Assembly (NCBI GenBank): GCA_016783715.1
Contig: JADHWA010000001.1
Coordinates: forward strand, 118 to 64,117
DNA: 64,000 bases
DNA from: Candidatus Omnitrophota bacterium
Lineage (GTDB): Bacteria > Omnitrophota > Gorgyraeia > Gygaellales > Profunditerraquicolaceae
Direction of reading: 5' to 3'
In this document: positions 39,976 through 50,505 of the stretch, piece by piece
How the letters are laid out: every line of letters starts with the position of its first letter
Position numbering within the stretch: the first letter of the stretch is position 1
Position numbers and translations under genes: made by a program
Notes under the pieces: model-generated
The model's input: the letters and a program-made list of their open reading frames with translations, nothing else
Told to the model about the DNA's origin: nothing
Database searches by the model: none

Positions 39976-41034
39976 TTATCCCCCCATTTCTTTTAATAAC
40001 ACGGGTATACATTTACTAAAAGAAACCTTCTTGACCGCTTTACCTCTCTTAAAATAAAGGCCACTCTTTTTACCGAAGGCAACCCCCATGTCGGCTGCGG
40101 CTGCCTCGCCGGGACCGTTAACCACGCACCCCATAAGAGCGATCTTTAAATTCGGGTTTAGCCGCCTTCCGGATGCATTTAACTTCCTCTGGAAATCATT
40201 GACTAATCTGACTAAATCTACCTCGCAGCGTCCGCAGGTCGGACAGCTAATCACTTCCGGGCCAAAGGCCCCTAACCCTAATGCTGCCAATATGTTCTTT
40301 GCGGTCTCAACTTCGGTATGCGGAGGTTCGGTCAAAGATGTCCTTATTGTATCACCAATCCCCTCTAATAGCAAACATCCAATGCCGATACTGGATTTGA
40401 CGATCCCCGAAAAGAAGGAGCCGCTTGCGGTAATGCCCAGATGCAGCGGATAATCACAACGGCGGCTGATCAGCCGATAAGCCTCAATAGTATCAAAAAT
40501 ATTCGAGGCTTTTAATGAAATCACTATATCGTAAAAGTTACAACTCTCTATGATCTTTAAATAATCCAGGGCGCTTTTGACCATCGACTCTGCCGGGCGC
40601 CTACCTTTTAGGCTGCCTCCGGGGAGAGACCCGGAATTCAAGCCAACCCGAATTGCGATTTTTCTTCTCTTTGCCGCCTGAGCTATCTCGACGACATCTT
40701 GTTTCCTGTAAATATTCCCGGGGTTAAGCCTGATCTTATCTGCGCCGCAGGCAATCGCCTCTAGCGCCAGCCGCCGGTCAAAATGGATGTCGGCTACCAG
40801 TGGGATTTTTATCTTTGCCTTTATCTTTGCGATTGCCCGGGCATCCCGGAGATCTTTTACTGCCACTCGCACAATCGCACAGCCCAGAAGCTCCAGCTCC
40901 CTGATCTGCTTTACTACTCCTCTAATATCGGAAGTGGCGCACTTGACCATCGATTGTATGGCTATTGGGTTACCCCCTCCAATAGCAACTTTGCCGATCT
41001 TAACAACTTTTGACTTGCGCCTTTTTATTCTCAT
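39976..41034 (-). CDS. ispG: 4-hydroxy-3-methylbut-2-en-1-yl diphosphate synthase
   Basis: IQSM, ADIHF, RLNPGN, SCPTCGR, MGCVVNGPGE. Confidence 0.96.
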   Translation of the reverse strand: MRIKRRKSKVVKIGKVAIGGGNPIAIQSMVKCATSDIRGVVKQIRELELLGCAIVRVAVKDLRDARAIAKIKAKIKIPLVADIHFDRRLALEAIACGADKIRLNPGNIYRKQDVVEIAQAAKRRKIAIRVGLNSGSLPGGSLKGRRPAESMVKSALDYLKIIESCNFYDIVISLKASNIFDTIEAYRLISRRCDYPLHLGITASGSFFSGIVKSSIGIGCLLLEGIGDTIRTSLTEPPHTEVETAKNILAALGLGAFGPEVISCPTCGRCEVDLVRLVNDFQRKLNASGRRLNPNLKIALMGCVVNGPGEAAAADMGVAFGKKSGLYFKRGKAVKKVSFSKCIPVLLKEMGG

Positions 41035-42113
41035 TTGAAAAACGATCCGATCTTATCGCCAAAGAACCTCAAGATATCATTATAGGCCACCAGAACCGCA
41101 AGAGTCACGATCAGAACAAATCCGGTCTGCGTAATCCTGTGCTCAATTTTCGGGCTTATCTGTCTACCTTTGATCTTCTCAATAAAAAGCAAAGCCAGAT
41201 GCCCTCCGTCTAAGATCGGCAGAGGCAGGAGATTAAAGATAGCCAGACTTATGCTTAATACTCCCATAAGATTCAAGACCGCAATTATACCTGTCTCGGC
41301 GGCTTTGGCGGTGATATAAAAAATGCCGATCGGTCCGGTCACTGATTCACGTAAAGATAGCGCGCCGGTAAGCATCCTCCAGAGCGCCTTATATGTGATC
41401 TGGGTCAGGACCTTGGTCTTCTCCATCCCCATCAATGCGGATTTAAAAAATCCGTATTTTACCTTAATGGTCTCAGAAACCTCCGGAGTTATCCCCAAAA
41501 GAGGTACGCTGCGCTTACCCCCCATCTGATCATCCAGCTGACTCTCCTGCAGTTGGATACTTTTAAGGAATTCCTTATTATTACGCATAACCCCAAGGTT
41601 GACTACCGCAGACGGTTCTTGAGTATAGATAAACGACTGAAGCTCCTCCCAAGAATTTATATCCCTGCCGTCTACAGAAACAATCCTGTCGCCTTTGCGC
41701 AGACCCGCCCTCTCTGCGCCGTAACCCTCCATTACCCCTCCGATCTCTGCCGGAATAGTGGGATAACCGACAAAAAATATCCACCAAAAACATAAGAAAC
41801 CGAAAAGATAATTCAAAAGAGGGCCACAGAAGATTATCTTTGCGCGCGCAAGAGGGGTTTTGCTTAAATATTCATCAGGTTTACCTTTGCGCTCTCCGAG
41901 ATTGTCTCCGGCCATCTTCACATACCCGCCGAAGGGGATGGCATTGATCTTATACAAAGTTTTATTCTTTAAAATTTTGTAGAGGCACGGCCCGAATCCT
42001 ACAGAGAAGCACTCCACCTTAACCCCTTGCCGCTTGGCAACGATAAAATGGCCGAACTCGTGCACAATAATTAAAACTCCAAAAACTATTACAAAAGTTA
42101 AAAATGTTATCAT
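41031..42113 (-). CDS. rseP: RIP metalloprotease RseP
   Basis: HEFGH, PDZ region, NLLPLPILDGG. Confidence 0.95.
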   Translation of the reverse strand: MITFLTFVIVFGVLIIVHEFGHFIVAKRQGVKVECFSVGFGPCLYKILKNKTLYKINAIPFGGYVKMAGDNLGERKGKPDEYLSKTPLARAKIIFCGPLLNYLFGFLCFWWIFFVGYPTIPAEIGGVMEGYGAERAGLRKGDRIVSVDGRDINSWEELQSFIYTQEPSAVVNLGVMRNNKEFLKSIQLQESQLDDQMGGKRSVPLLGITPEVSETIKVKYGFFKSALMGMEKTKVLTQITYKALWRMLTGALSLRESVTGPIGIFYITAKAAETGIIAVLNLMGVLSISLAIFNLLPLPILDGGHLALLFIEKIKGRQISPKIEHRITQTGFVLIVTLAVLVAYNDILRFFGDKIGSFFK

Positions 42114-43273
42114 CTTTTTTGGCTCCTTAGTTGTACAAACCGCCAGGCCCTTGAGCGCGCCCAGCGATCGGCATCGAGAATCTGCTCTAGCCCGGGGGAC
42201 TTTATGATCTTATGCTCGTTTGTAACCTTCTCGATAATATAGGCGATAGAGGTAAAATCAATTAGTTCACTCAAGAATCCCTGCACACTGATCTCGTTTG
42301 CCGCATTCAATACCGCCGGTAATGTACCTCCCTTTTTTGCTGCCAGAAGCGATAATTTTAAACAGGGGAATAATTTAAAATTAGGCTCTGCGAAGTTTAA
42401 ATTCTTTATTTTATAAAAATCCAGCTCCGGCAGAGAGCTGGGAAGCCTCTGTGGATAAGTCAGGGCATACTGGATCGGTATGCGCATATCAGTAGCCGAT
42501 AACTGAGCCAAGATTATTCCGTCAACGAACTCAACCATTGAATGCACTATCGCCTCCGGATGTATCAAGATTCGAATCTTATCATGCCCCACCCCGAATA
42601 AATACATTGCCTCCAATAATTCCAGCCCCTTATTCATCAGGGTGGCAGAATCTACGGTAATCTTCTTGCCCATCTTCCAGCGGGGATGCTTTAACACCTG
42701 GGCTACGGTAACTTTCTTAATCCTCTGCCTGCTGCTGCCCCTTAAAGGGCCACCGGAGGCGGTAAGATAAATCTTTTTGAGTCGATTCATATCTTCACCC
42801 CGTAGGCACTGCCAGATCGCCGACTGTTCGCTGTCTACCGGAATTATCTTTACTCCCCTAAGGCGCGCTCTCTTCATAATCAGGGGTCCGGCCATTACTA
42901 ATGCTTCCTTATTTGCCAAGGCGATATCCAGCCCATAGTCAATCGCCCTCAGTAGCGGCTTAAGAGCCGCCGACCCGCTGACTGCCAGAATTACCTTATC
43001 CAGCCGCCTGTCCGATAGGATCTTATCCAGGCCACAATCTTCAGAGAAAACACTAACCTTGCCGTTAGTGATCGATTTCAAAGATGCCGCAGTAGCTCTA
43101 TCGGCTACCCAGGCAGACTTGCAAGCTGTCTCTTTAATCTGCTCTGAGAGAACCTTGATATTAGAGTTTGCACTCAAGGCCAAGATCCGAAAATCCTTCC
43201 TTAGTTCCTTGATTATTTTTATGCTGTTTTTTCCGATTGAGCCTGTTGAGCCCAAGATAGCTATATTTTTCAT
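42110..43273 (-). CDS. dxr: 1-deoxy-D-xylulose 5-phosphate reductoisomerase
   Basis: LGSTGSIG, LANKE, PVDSE, HPRWKMGKKITVDSAT, NAANE. Confidence 0.97.
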   Translation of the reverse strand: MKNIAILGSTGSIGKNSIKIIKELRKDFRILALSANSNIKVLSEQIKETACKSAWVADRATAASLKSITNGKVSVFSEDCGLDKILSDRRLDKVILAVSGSAALKPLLRAIDYGLDIALANKEALVMAGPLIMKRARLRGVKIIPVDSEQSAIWQCLRGEDMNRLKKIYLTASGGPLRGSSRQRIKKVTVAQVLKHPRWKMGKKITVDSATLMNKGLELLEAMYLFGVGHDKIRILIHPEAIVHSMVEFVDGIILAQLSATDMRIPIQYALTYPQRLPSSLPELDFYKIKNLNFAEPNFKLFPCLKLSLLAAKKGGTLPAVLNAANEISVQGFLSELIDFTSIAYIIEKVTNEHKIIKSPGLEQILDADRWARSRAWRFVQLRSQKR

Positions 43274-44067
43274 CTGCCAACAATATTGATGTAAAAATAA
43301 AATACCGGTGCCGTAAAGAGCAGGCTGTCCATTACGTCTAAAACTCCCCCCATCCCGGGAATGATCCCGCCGGAATCCTTAATGCGGCAATCCCGCTTGA
43401 TTAAAGACTCTGCCAAGTCCCCCAGTTGGCCCAGGAATCCTAGAATCAACCCGAAAATCACAAGATGCAGATACCCCAGGTTTAATAATGTTCGACAGCT
43501 CAGTGCTCCCAATACACTAAAAAACAAACCTCCTAATGCCCCCTCTAAAGACTTCTTGGGACTGATTCGCGGCACTAGAGGAGTCCTGCCAAAACGCGAG
43601 CCGATTAAATAGGCGCCAACATCCCCTAATTTTGTAACCACCAGCAGCGTGGCAAAAAGGGCAATACCGTCTTGGAAATTCCTGATCTTGATCAGAAAAC
43701 TAAAGAACCATGAAATATAAAGTATGCCGAATACCGTAGTTGATATATCCACTACCACACCGCTGTGATCGCGTCGCTTAAAAAGCATGATAATCAAGAA
43801 TAATAAGGTCAGAATTATAAAAAATAATTCCCACTTCTTGGTTAATTCAAAATTGAAAATAATCGAAAGCGGGATTATTGTGCCCATTACAATGCCAAAA
43901 TATTTATAGGCGTGAATACTTTTCTTCTCCAACATCGTAAAGAACTCGTATAAGCCGGTGATGATAAAGAAGATCACCATGATGTTAAAGAACCAATCTA
44001 GAAAAATAGTCGCCCAGACCACAGCAATCAGAAGCAAAGCGCTGAGTATCCTTTTTATCAACATCAT
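43270..44067 (-). CDS. cdsA: Phosphatidate cytidylyltransferase
   Basis: Multi-TM; ISPKKSLEG, GDLAESLIKR, KDSG..IPG.GG.LD; start 44067 (ATGA overlap with uppS). Confidence 0.94.
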   Translation of the reverse strand: MMLIKRILSALLLIAVVWATIFLDWFFNIMVIFFIITGLYEFFTMLEKKSIHAYKYFGIVMGTIIPLSIIFNFELTKKWELFFIILTLLFLIIMLFKRRDHSGVVVDISTTVFGILYISWFFSFLIKIRNFQDGIALFATLLVVTKLGDVGAYLIGSRFGRTPLVPRISPKKSLEGALGGLFFSVLGALSCRTLLNLGYLHLVIFGLILGFLGQLGDLAESLIKRDCRIKDSGGIIPGMGGVLDVMDSLLFTAPVFYFYINIVGR

Positions 44068-44777
44068 GCCCCTCCGAATCTTCGCTCTCTTTTCTGGTAA
44101 ACTTTTATCGCTTTCTCTAAATCCTCCCGCCGGAATTCCGGCCAATATTTCTTAGGGAAGTATAATTCCGCATAAGAAAGCTGCCAGAGTAAAAAATTGC
44201 TTAGTCGTTTTTGAGCACTGGTGCGAATCAGCAGGTCTGGTTCCGGCAGGCCGCGGGTATACAGATAATCAGAGAAGTTCTCAACGTTAAGATCCTGGAT
44301 ATCTACCTGGCCCTTTAGGAGCCTCTCTGAGAACTCCTTTACCGCGTCAACGATCTCCTGCCTGGATCCATAATTCATGGCTAAGACTACCGTCATCCCG
44401 GTATTGTCTCTTGTCTTATCTTCTGCCTGACGAAGCCTATTCAATAGACTCTTAGGGACAGGCTCTTCTCTTCCTATGACTTTAAAACGGATATTATTCT
44501 TGTGTAACTCTTTAATTTCCCGGTTGAGAAAGCTACTCAGGTAACGTAAGAGAATACTGACTTCCTGTTTTGGCCTGCTCCAATTTTCCGTGGAGAAAGC
44601 AAAGAAAGTAATCGCACTAACCCCGATCTCTGCAGCTGCCTTGACAATCTCCCTGACCCTCTCTACTCCCTGGTGGTGTCCGGCTGAACGGGGCAGACCC
44701 CTCTCTTTCGCCCACCTGCCGTTACCATCCATGATAATGGCAATATGTTTAGGTATATTATCCTTGCTTAACATCAT
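44064..44777 (-). CDS. uppS: Undecaprenyl diphosphate synthase
   Basis: HIAIIMDGNGRWA, FSTENW.R, IRTS..RLSNFLLWQ. Confidence 0.97.
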   Translation of the reverse strand: MMLSKDNIPKHIAIIMDGNGRWAKERGLPRSAGHHQGVERVREIVKAAAEIGVSAITFFAFSTENWSRPKQEVSILLRYLSSFLNREIKELHKNNIRFKVIGREEPVPKSLLNRLRQAEDKTRDNTGMTVVLAMNYGSRQEIVDAVKEFSERLLKGQVDIQDLNVENFSDYLYTRGLPEPDLLIRTSAQKRLSNFLLWQLSYAELYFPKKYWPEFRREDLEKAIKVYQKRERRFGGA

Positions 44778-44801
44778 AATAAGTCTAGAGTCGGTTTTAA
44801 C

Positions 44802-44830
44802 AAAAAAGGGGATATTCTATCCCCTTTTTT
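44802..44830. terminator. Bidirectional intrinsic terminator
   Basis: AAAAAAGGGGATA-TTC-TATCCCCTTTTTT perfect hairpin with T tract on both strands. Confidence 0.85.
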
Positions 44831-44871
44831 AAAAAATTAGAGGCAGCTTTTGTAATATCTGGCGGCCTAGG

Positions 44872-45246
44872 TCATCTCTTCTCGCTTGTCTTCTTTTTCA
44901 GGCCCGCCTCTTGGGCGTCTTTAAGGGCAGATATCTTCTCCAACTCTTCCTGCAGCTCTTCCAGGCTCTGGTGCTCTAAGGCTAACTCATCCTCTAGCGC
45001 ATGATACTTTGTTTCCTGGGCCTGGAGATCCGCCTTGGCCGTATTAAGCTGCTCTTCCAAGTCAGCTTTCTCTTCATTAAAGCTGCTGAATTTTTCTTCT
45101 AGTTCAAATCTCTTCCCCCTCTCATTCTCACGAGAGAGACTCTGACGGCGGGCATTGCTGCAAGAGCCTACAGTCACCAAAAATAGGATAGCGCAGATTA
45201 TTGTCAGAATTATAATAACCCTATTCTTTAAACCGGATTCTACCAT
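44872..45246 (-). CDS. Hypothetical membrane-anchored coiled-coil protein
   Basis: N-terminal hydrophobic segment ending VGSC; E/K/L-rich heptads. Confidence 0.7.
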   Translation of the reverse strand: MVESGLKNRVIIILTIICAILFLVTVGSCSNARRQSLSRENERGKRFELEEKFSSFNEEKADLEEQLNTAKADLQAQETKYHALEDELALEHQSLEELQEELEKISALKDAQEAGLKKKTSEKR

Positions 45247-45273
45247 CAGATACCCTTCTTGTTTTTAACTATA

Positions 45274-45900
45274 TTATTTAATTCTGAAACTACTATCTAG
45301 ATCCTTTGACTTGGCAATCTCCGGGAGTATGACTATCTCTACCCGGCGGTTCAATTGGCGGCCTTCTTTTGTATCATTATCTGAGACCGGGCTAAACTCT
45401 CCGTATCCGATCGCCGATAACCGCTGCGGAGCCACCCTTTCTTCTTTCTGGAGATAATGCAGGACACTTAAGGCCCGCGCCGAAGAAAGCTCCCAGTTTG
45501 ACTTCCATCCAGAATACTGTATCGGAATATTATCGGTATGCCCCTCAATACCTACATTATAATCAGATACATCCTCTCTCAGGACCCGACCTACCTGATC
45601 AAGCACATTATTGGCCTCCGCCCTGATATCTGCTTTTCCGGAATCAAAGAGAAGGTCCCCTACAACGGTAATAACCAGGCCCTTATCTCTCATCTGCAGG
45701 CTAACCTGCTGATCCTGAATCTCTTGACCTAATCTGTTTTCAAGAGTCCTTTTGGCGCGCTCCAACTCATTAAGCTGCTCTGAAAGCTCTTTGATCTTAT
45801 CTGTATCCGAACGTCTTCCGGCTTGGAAGATAAATGTGCAGCCGGATACCGCCAGAGACAAAAAAACTACCATCCCGATTTTAAATAATCTGGTTTTCAT
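45274..45900 (-). CDS. OmpA/MotB family peptidoglycan-binding lipoprotein
   Basis: Lipobox VSGC; LFDSG, EGHTD, NWELSSARA, NRRVEI. Confidence 0.9.
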   Translation of the reverse strand: MKTRLFKIGMVVFLSLAVSGCTFIFQAGRRSDTDKIKELSEQLNELERAKRTLENRLGQEIQDQQVSLQMRDKGLVITVVGDLLFDSGKADIRAEANNVLDQVGRVLREDVSDYNVGIEGHTDNIPIQYSGWKSNWELSSARALSVLHYLQKEERVAPQRLSAIGYGEFSPVSDNDTKEGRQLNRRVEIVILPEIAKSKDLDSSFRIK

Positions 45901-45952
45901 CTACTAACCTCCTGTGTTCTATAATGTTATTAAAAATTTCGGTTGGAGCTTA

Positions 45953-45981
45953 ACTATAACATAATCAATAGGTTTAGTCAA
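45953..45981 (-). promoter_or_regulatory. Putative sigma70 promoter with extended -10
   Basis: TTGACT-17 nt-TATAGT with TGn before -10. Confidence 0.6.
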
Positions 45982-46002
45982 GAGCTAAATTTTTACCTGA
46001 AG

Positions 46003-47286
<1,284 letters not shown>

Positions 47287-48522
47287 TTAAGGATTAACGC
47301 TGAATATCTTGCGCGCAATATCAGGATGCCTGGCGATAAACTTCAACTCCTCGTCGACCAGTGGTTTCTGATTATGGACATTGGCGTAACGTACAAGCTC
47401 TAGGACCTCTGTAGCCTCCTGGTCATTGTGAAATGCCACCTCTAATTTTTCATAGACATTACGGAACCCCTTGATCCCTGAATACTCTCCGGCTGTGATT
47501 TTGCGGCCGGTCTCAACGACTTCCGGCTCTCCGCGGCCCAGCTCTTCATAATCATACAGCTCATAGTTTCTTCTGTCTTTGAGTGCACCGTCGGCATGTA
47601 TTCCGGATTCATGTGCAAAAGCGTTGGCACCGATCCCCGGCTGATTAATCGGTATTGGCACCCCGAATGCATAAGAGGCATATTTACAACTCTTCCATGC
47701 CTTTTTGAGATTTATTCCTTCATCCAGTTTATAACTGGCCATACCGCTGCCGTGCTTAACTGCTAAAATTACCGAAACTAAATCCGCGTTTCCTGCGCGC
47801 TCCCCCATACCGTTGACACAGGTGTTGATATAGGCATCGCATCCGCAATCAACAGCCGCCCTTGCTCCGGCGATCGAATTTGCCACCACCAGTCCTAAAT
47901 CATTATGGCAGTGAATTTCAATCGGCAGTGAAATTGCCTTAGCCAGGGCCTTGATCCGCTGGTATATCGAAAAAGGCGTATCACATCCTAAGGTATCGCA
48001 ATAGCGGACTCTCTTGGCTCCTGCTTTTTTGGCAGCCCGGGCAAACTTTATAAGATATTTTAAGTCTGTCCTTGATGCATCTTCTGCATTGACGCCTATA
48101 CTCTCTACGCCCAACTCTATCGCCTCACTTACCGCCTGAACCATCGTCTTAATTACCAGAGAGTGGTCCAGCTTACCTTTAAACTTATGGAGGATCATCT
48201 GGTCAGAGGTAGAAATAGACAGATTTACATTCTTCAAGGACGGCACCAGCGATAAGCCACCCCTGACATCATCGACAGTAGCCCGCATCCATCCTCCAAG
48301 CCTGATTGGGCTCAATACGCCTTTCTCTGCTAATTCCAGATTTGCGTTCAGGTAATTTGTCTCATGGTGCGTCAGGGGAAAACCAAACTCGGACTGAAAG
48401 ACCCCCATCTGATTAAGGTGTATATTCAGCATGGTCTTCTGCAGCTTAGATAGGCAGATACGCGAAGTCTGTACTCCGTCACGATTAGTAACATCGATTA
48501 AATAAATTTTAGCTTTCTTCAT
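47287..48522 (-). CDS. DRE-TIM metallolyase: homocitrate synthase family, possibly Re-citrate synthase
   Basis: DVTNRDGVQ, HCHNDLG, GERAGNA, AHESGIHADG. Confidence 0.8.
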   Translation of the reverse strand: MKKAKIYLIDVTNRDGVQTSRICLSKLQKTMLNIHLNQMGVFQSEFGFPLTHHETNYLNANLELAEKGVLSPIRLGGWMRATVDDVRGGLSLVPSLKNVNLSISTSDQMILHKFKGKLDHSLVIKTMVQAVSEAIELGVESIGVNAEDASRTDLKYLIKFARAAKKAGAKRVRYCDTLGCDTPFSIYQRIKALAKAISLPIEIHCHNDLGLVVANSIAGARAAVDCGCDAYINTCVNGMGERAGNADLVSVILAVKHGSGMASYKLDEGINLKKAWKSCKYASYAFGVPIPINQPGIGANAFAHESGIHADGALKDRRNYELYDYEELGRGEPEVVETGRKITAGEYSGIKGFRNVYEKLEVAFHNDQEATEVLELVRYANVHNQKPLVDEELKFIARHPDIARKIFSVNP

Positions 48523-48536
48523 AACAATCCTCCTTC

Positions 48537-48720
48537 AATGAGCAGATCCTTGACATCGGAGATGTCAAGGATAGCGTCAATCGTTTATCAGTCTATCAGC
48601 GTCTGCGAATTGAACCCAGCACTAATTTTGCTTCGGATCGTAAACTACAGAAAATTAGTGCTGGGTAAAATTCAGCCACCGAACTTACCTCGCTTACTCT
48701 CCGTAAGTTCGGGCTTCATT
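48537..48720. repeat. Three-armed palindromic cassette
   Basis: ATGA..GAAT at 48538-48610; 16 bp stem 48614-48629/48651-48666; ATTC-stem-TCAT at 48670-48719. Confidence 0.85.
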
Positions 48721-50505
48721 TTACCTCCTGAATATTTTCTTGAATTCCTCTTGGCTGCCTGGGCCGCTGGTGCTGAAAATCTGCTGATTATCGATTAAGA
48801 ATGTAGGCCCGAACATAACCTGTAATTCACTATTAAGCCTGATGTTCTCGCTGAGCAAATCTCTTCCCTCCTGACTCCTGGCACAGTCTCTGACCCGGGA
48901 GACGTCGCATTCACCCGATAGACACTCCTCCCACCAGGAGCTGTTGATATTTTTTGCCCGGCAGATTATATAATCCCAGAAATCCTGCGGACACCAAGTT
49001 TTGACACAGAGGCTGCGCAGATACTCCTCGATCTCACCGGTGCCACCGGCAGAATCGAATTTACCCTCTAGCTCGGTGGCCAGGAAGTGAATCCGGGGAT
49101 CAAAACTCCTGGTTGCTTCTAATATAGACGATGAATACTTATTGTAGAGGCTTATGAATAGGTCAAGGCCCCCGGATATTTTCTTCCTGTTGATATAATA
49201 GGATACGCCCGAGAATTCCGGTTTAAGTATTAGAAACTCATCCCCCTCGACGAACTTCTCTCTTAAGGCCCCAAAATTAGGCTCTTCGACGATCTCTTTC
49301 TCAAAGATAAAGGCCGGCAGAGTCTGGATATCCAGCTCGGCGACTATTTTCCTGGCTTGCCTTTGGGGATAGACAAGCTTAGAAGTAGTTACCCCTGGAA
49401 ATGTCTCTTCAAGATAAGTAATACTCCCGGCTGCATTAAACAACTCCCTTCTCTTGGGTTCAATTACCCAGAGCTTAACCTCCCCGGCAGGAGTAAATTC
49501 ACACTTAGCATCTGAAGTGCCCGGATTACCACAGGAGGCAATACTTCCTTTCTTCTTGCAATCGTTATCCCTGAAACACTGCGGCAGGACAGATTTAATC
49601 TCAGGATCGTCCCTAAACTTCTTGGTCAGTTCTATATCTTCGCTCTTTACATCTGTTATCCGGCCTGCCTCTATCTCCAGGGTAACCTTGCCTAAACTTC
49701 TGGCCTGCCAGGAAGGCTGTAAGATTATGGTGGAACTCTCTTCTGCCGTAAGGTCCTTCTCCATCCTGTTGTATCTGGTTATAAGTAGATCTACCCCCGG
49801 CACCTTCTTGACTAACTCCAGATCTTCACCCGGATCCAGCCGGCTCAAAAGTATGATTACTCCGACCTGATTATCTTTTAGCTGCTTAATCGTATCCCGG
49901 AGCGCTTCTTGGGGGGCGCTGACGCTGACACCGGATACTCTTCTGGCTATCCTGGGAGCTGATATGCCGATAATCCCCACCTTGACACTGCCGACTTGCT
50001 TGATAATAAAAGGATGAATCTTATCAAGCTTAACATTGCATGATACAAGCGGGAATTTATTCTCGTCGGAGAATTTTGTAAAGAACTCTTTCCCGAAGCC
50101 AAACTCATCCTCTCCGATACAGGCAGCGGTATACCCCATCAATTGCATCGCCCTGATATTGGCCAGTGTTCTCTCTTTATCAAGCCGGGAATTCTGCGCG
50201 TATTCATCTTGTGGTCCCCCGGCAAAAAAAGATCCCGAATCAAGTAATAAGGCATCAGGAGCCTGCTTTCTGATCTGCTTTACCAGCGTAGACCTACGGG
50301 CTAAACCCCCGTTTCGCTCGTGCGGGCAGTCACAAGGGTATAGCATCGCGTGAGTGTCGCCGGTATATAAAATTGTAATTTCCTCCGCGAAAGAGAGCGA
50401 AAAGTTCAAAACGCAAAGTGCAAAACTAAAACTTAAAGCTAAAAGCTTTACACTTTTAACTTCACCTTTGCGCTCTGCGCTTTGCGCTTTGCGCTTATTT
50501 ATCAT
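48721..50505 (-). CDS. Exported UshA/5'-nucleotidase-like metallophosphoesterase fused to Cys-rich C-terminal domains
   Basis: Signal peptide; ILYTGDTH, PCDC...GGLARR, LLDSG; C-terminus with many Cys and GPTFLID. Confidence 0.7.
   Translation of the reverse strand: MINKRKAQSAERKGEVKSVKLLALSFSFALCVLNFSLSFAEEITILYTGDTHAMLYPCDCPHERNGGLARRSTLVKQIRKQAPDALLLDSGSFFAGGPQDEYAQNSRLDKERTLANIRAMQLMGYTAACIGEDEFGFGKEFFTKFSDENKFPLVSCNVKLDKIHPFIIKQVGSVKVGIIGISAPRIARRVSGVSVSAPQEALRDTIKQLKDNQVGVIILLSRLDPGEDLELVKKVPGVDLLITRYNRMEKDLTAEESSTIILQPSWQARSLGKVTLEIEAGRITDVKSEDIELTKKFRDDPEIKSVLPQCFRDNDCKKKGSIASCGNPGTSDAKCEFTPAGEVKLWVIEPKRRELFNAAGSITYLEETFPGVTTSKLVYPQRQARKIVAELDIQTLPAFIFEKEIVEEPNFGALREKFVEGDEFLILKPEFSGVSYYINRKKISGGLDLFISLYNKYSSSILEATRSFDPRIHFLATELEGKFDSAGGTGEIEEYLRSLCVKTWCPQDFWDYIICRAKNINSSWWEECLSGECDVSRVRDCARSQEGRDLLSENIRLNSELQVMFGPTFLIDNQQIFSTSGPGSQEEFKKIFRR
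50465..50497. repeat. Heptamer (TTTGCGC-like) tract in the 5' end of the UshA-like gene
   Basis: TTTGCGCTCTGCGCTTTGCGCTTTGCGCT, with a looser complementary tract near 50400-50445. Confidence 0.7.

Noticed and set aside
48537-48720. Multi-armed folds as tRNA genes or known riboswitches
   Set aside because: No T-loop GTTC, D-loop or anticodon geometry, and no riboswitch consensus I recognise
50310-50345. Selenocysteine recoding in the UshA-like protein
   Set aside because: The motif is encoded as Cys-Asp-Cys with no in-frame TGA
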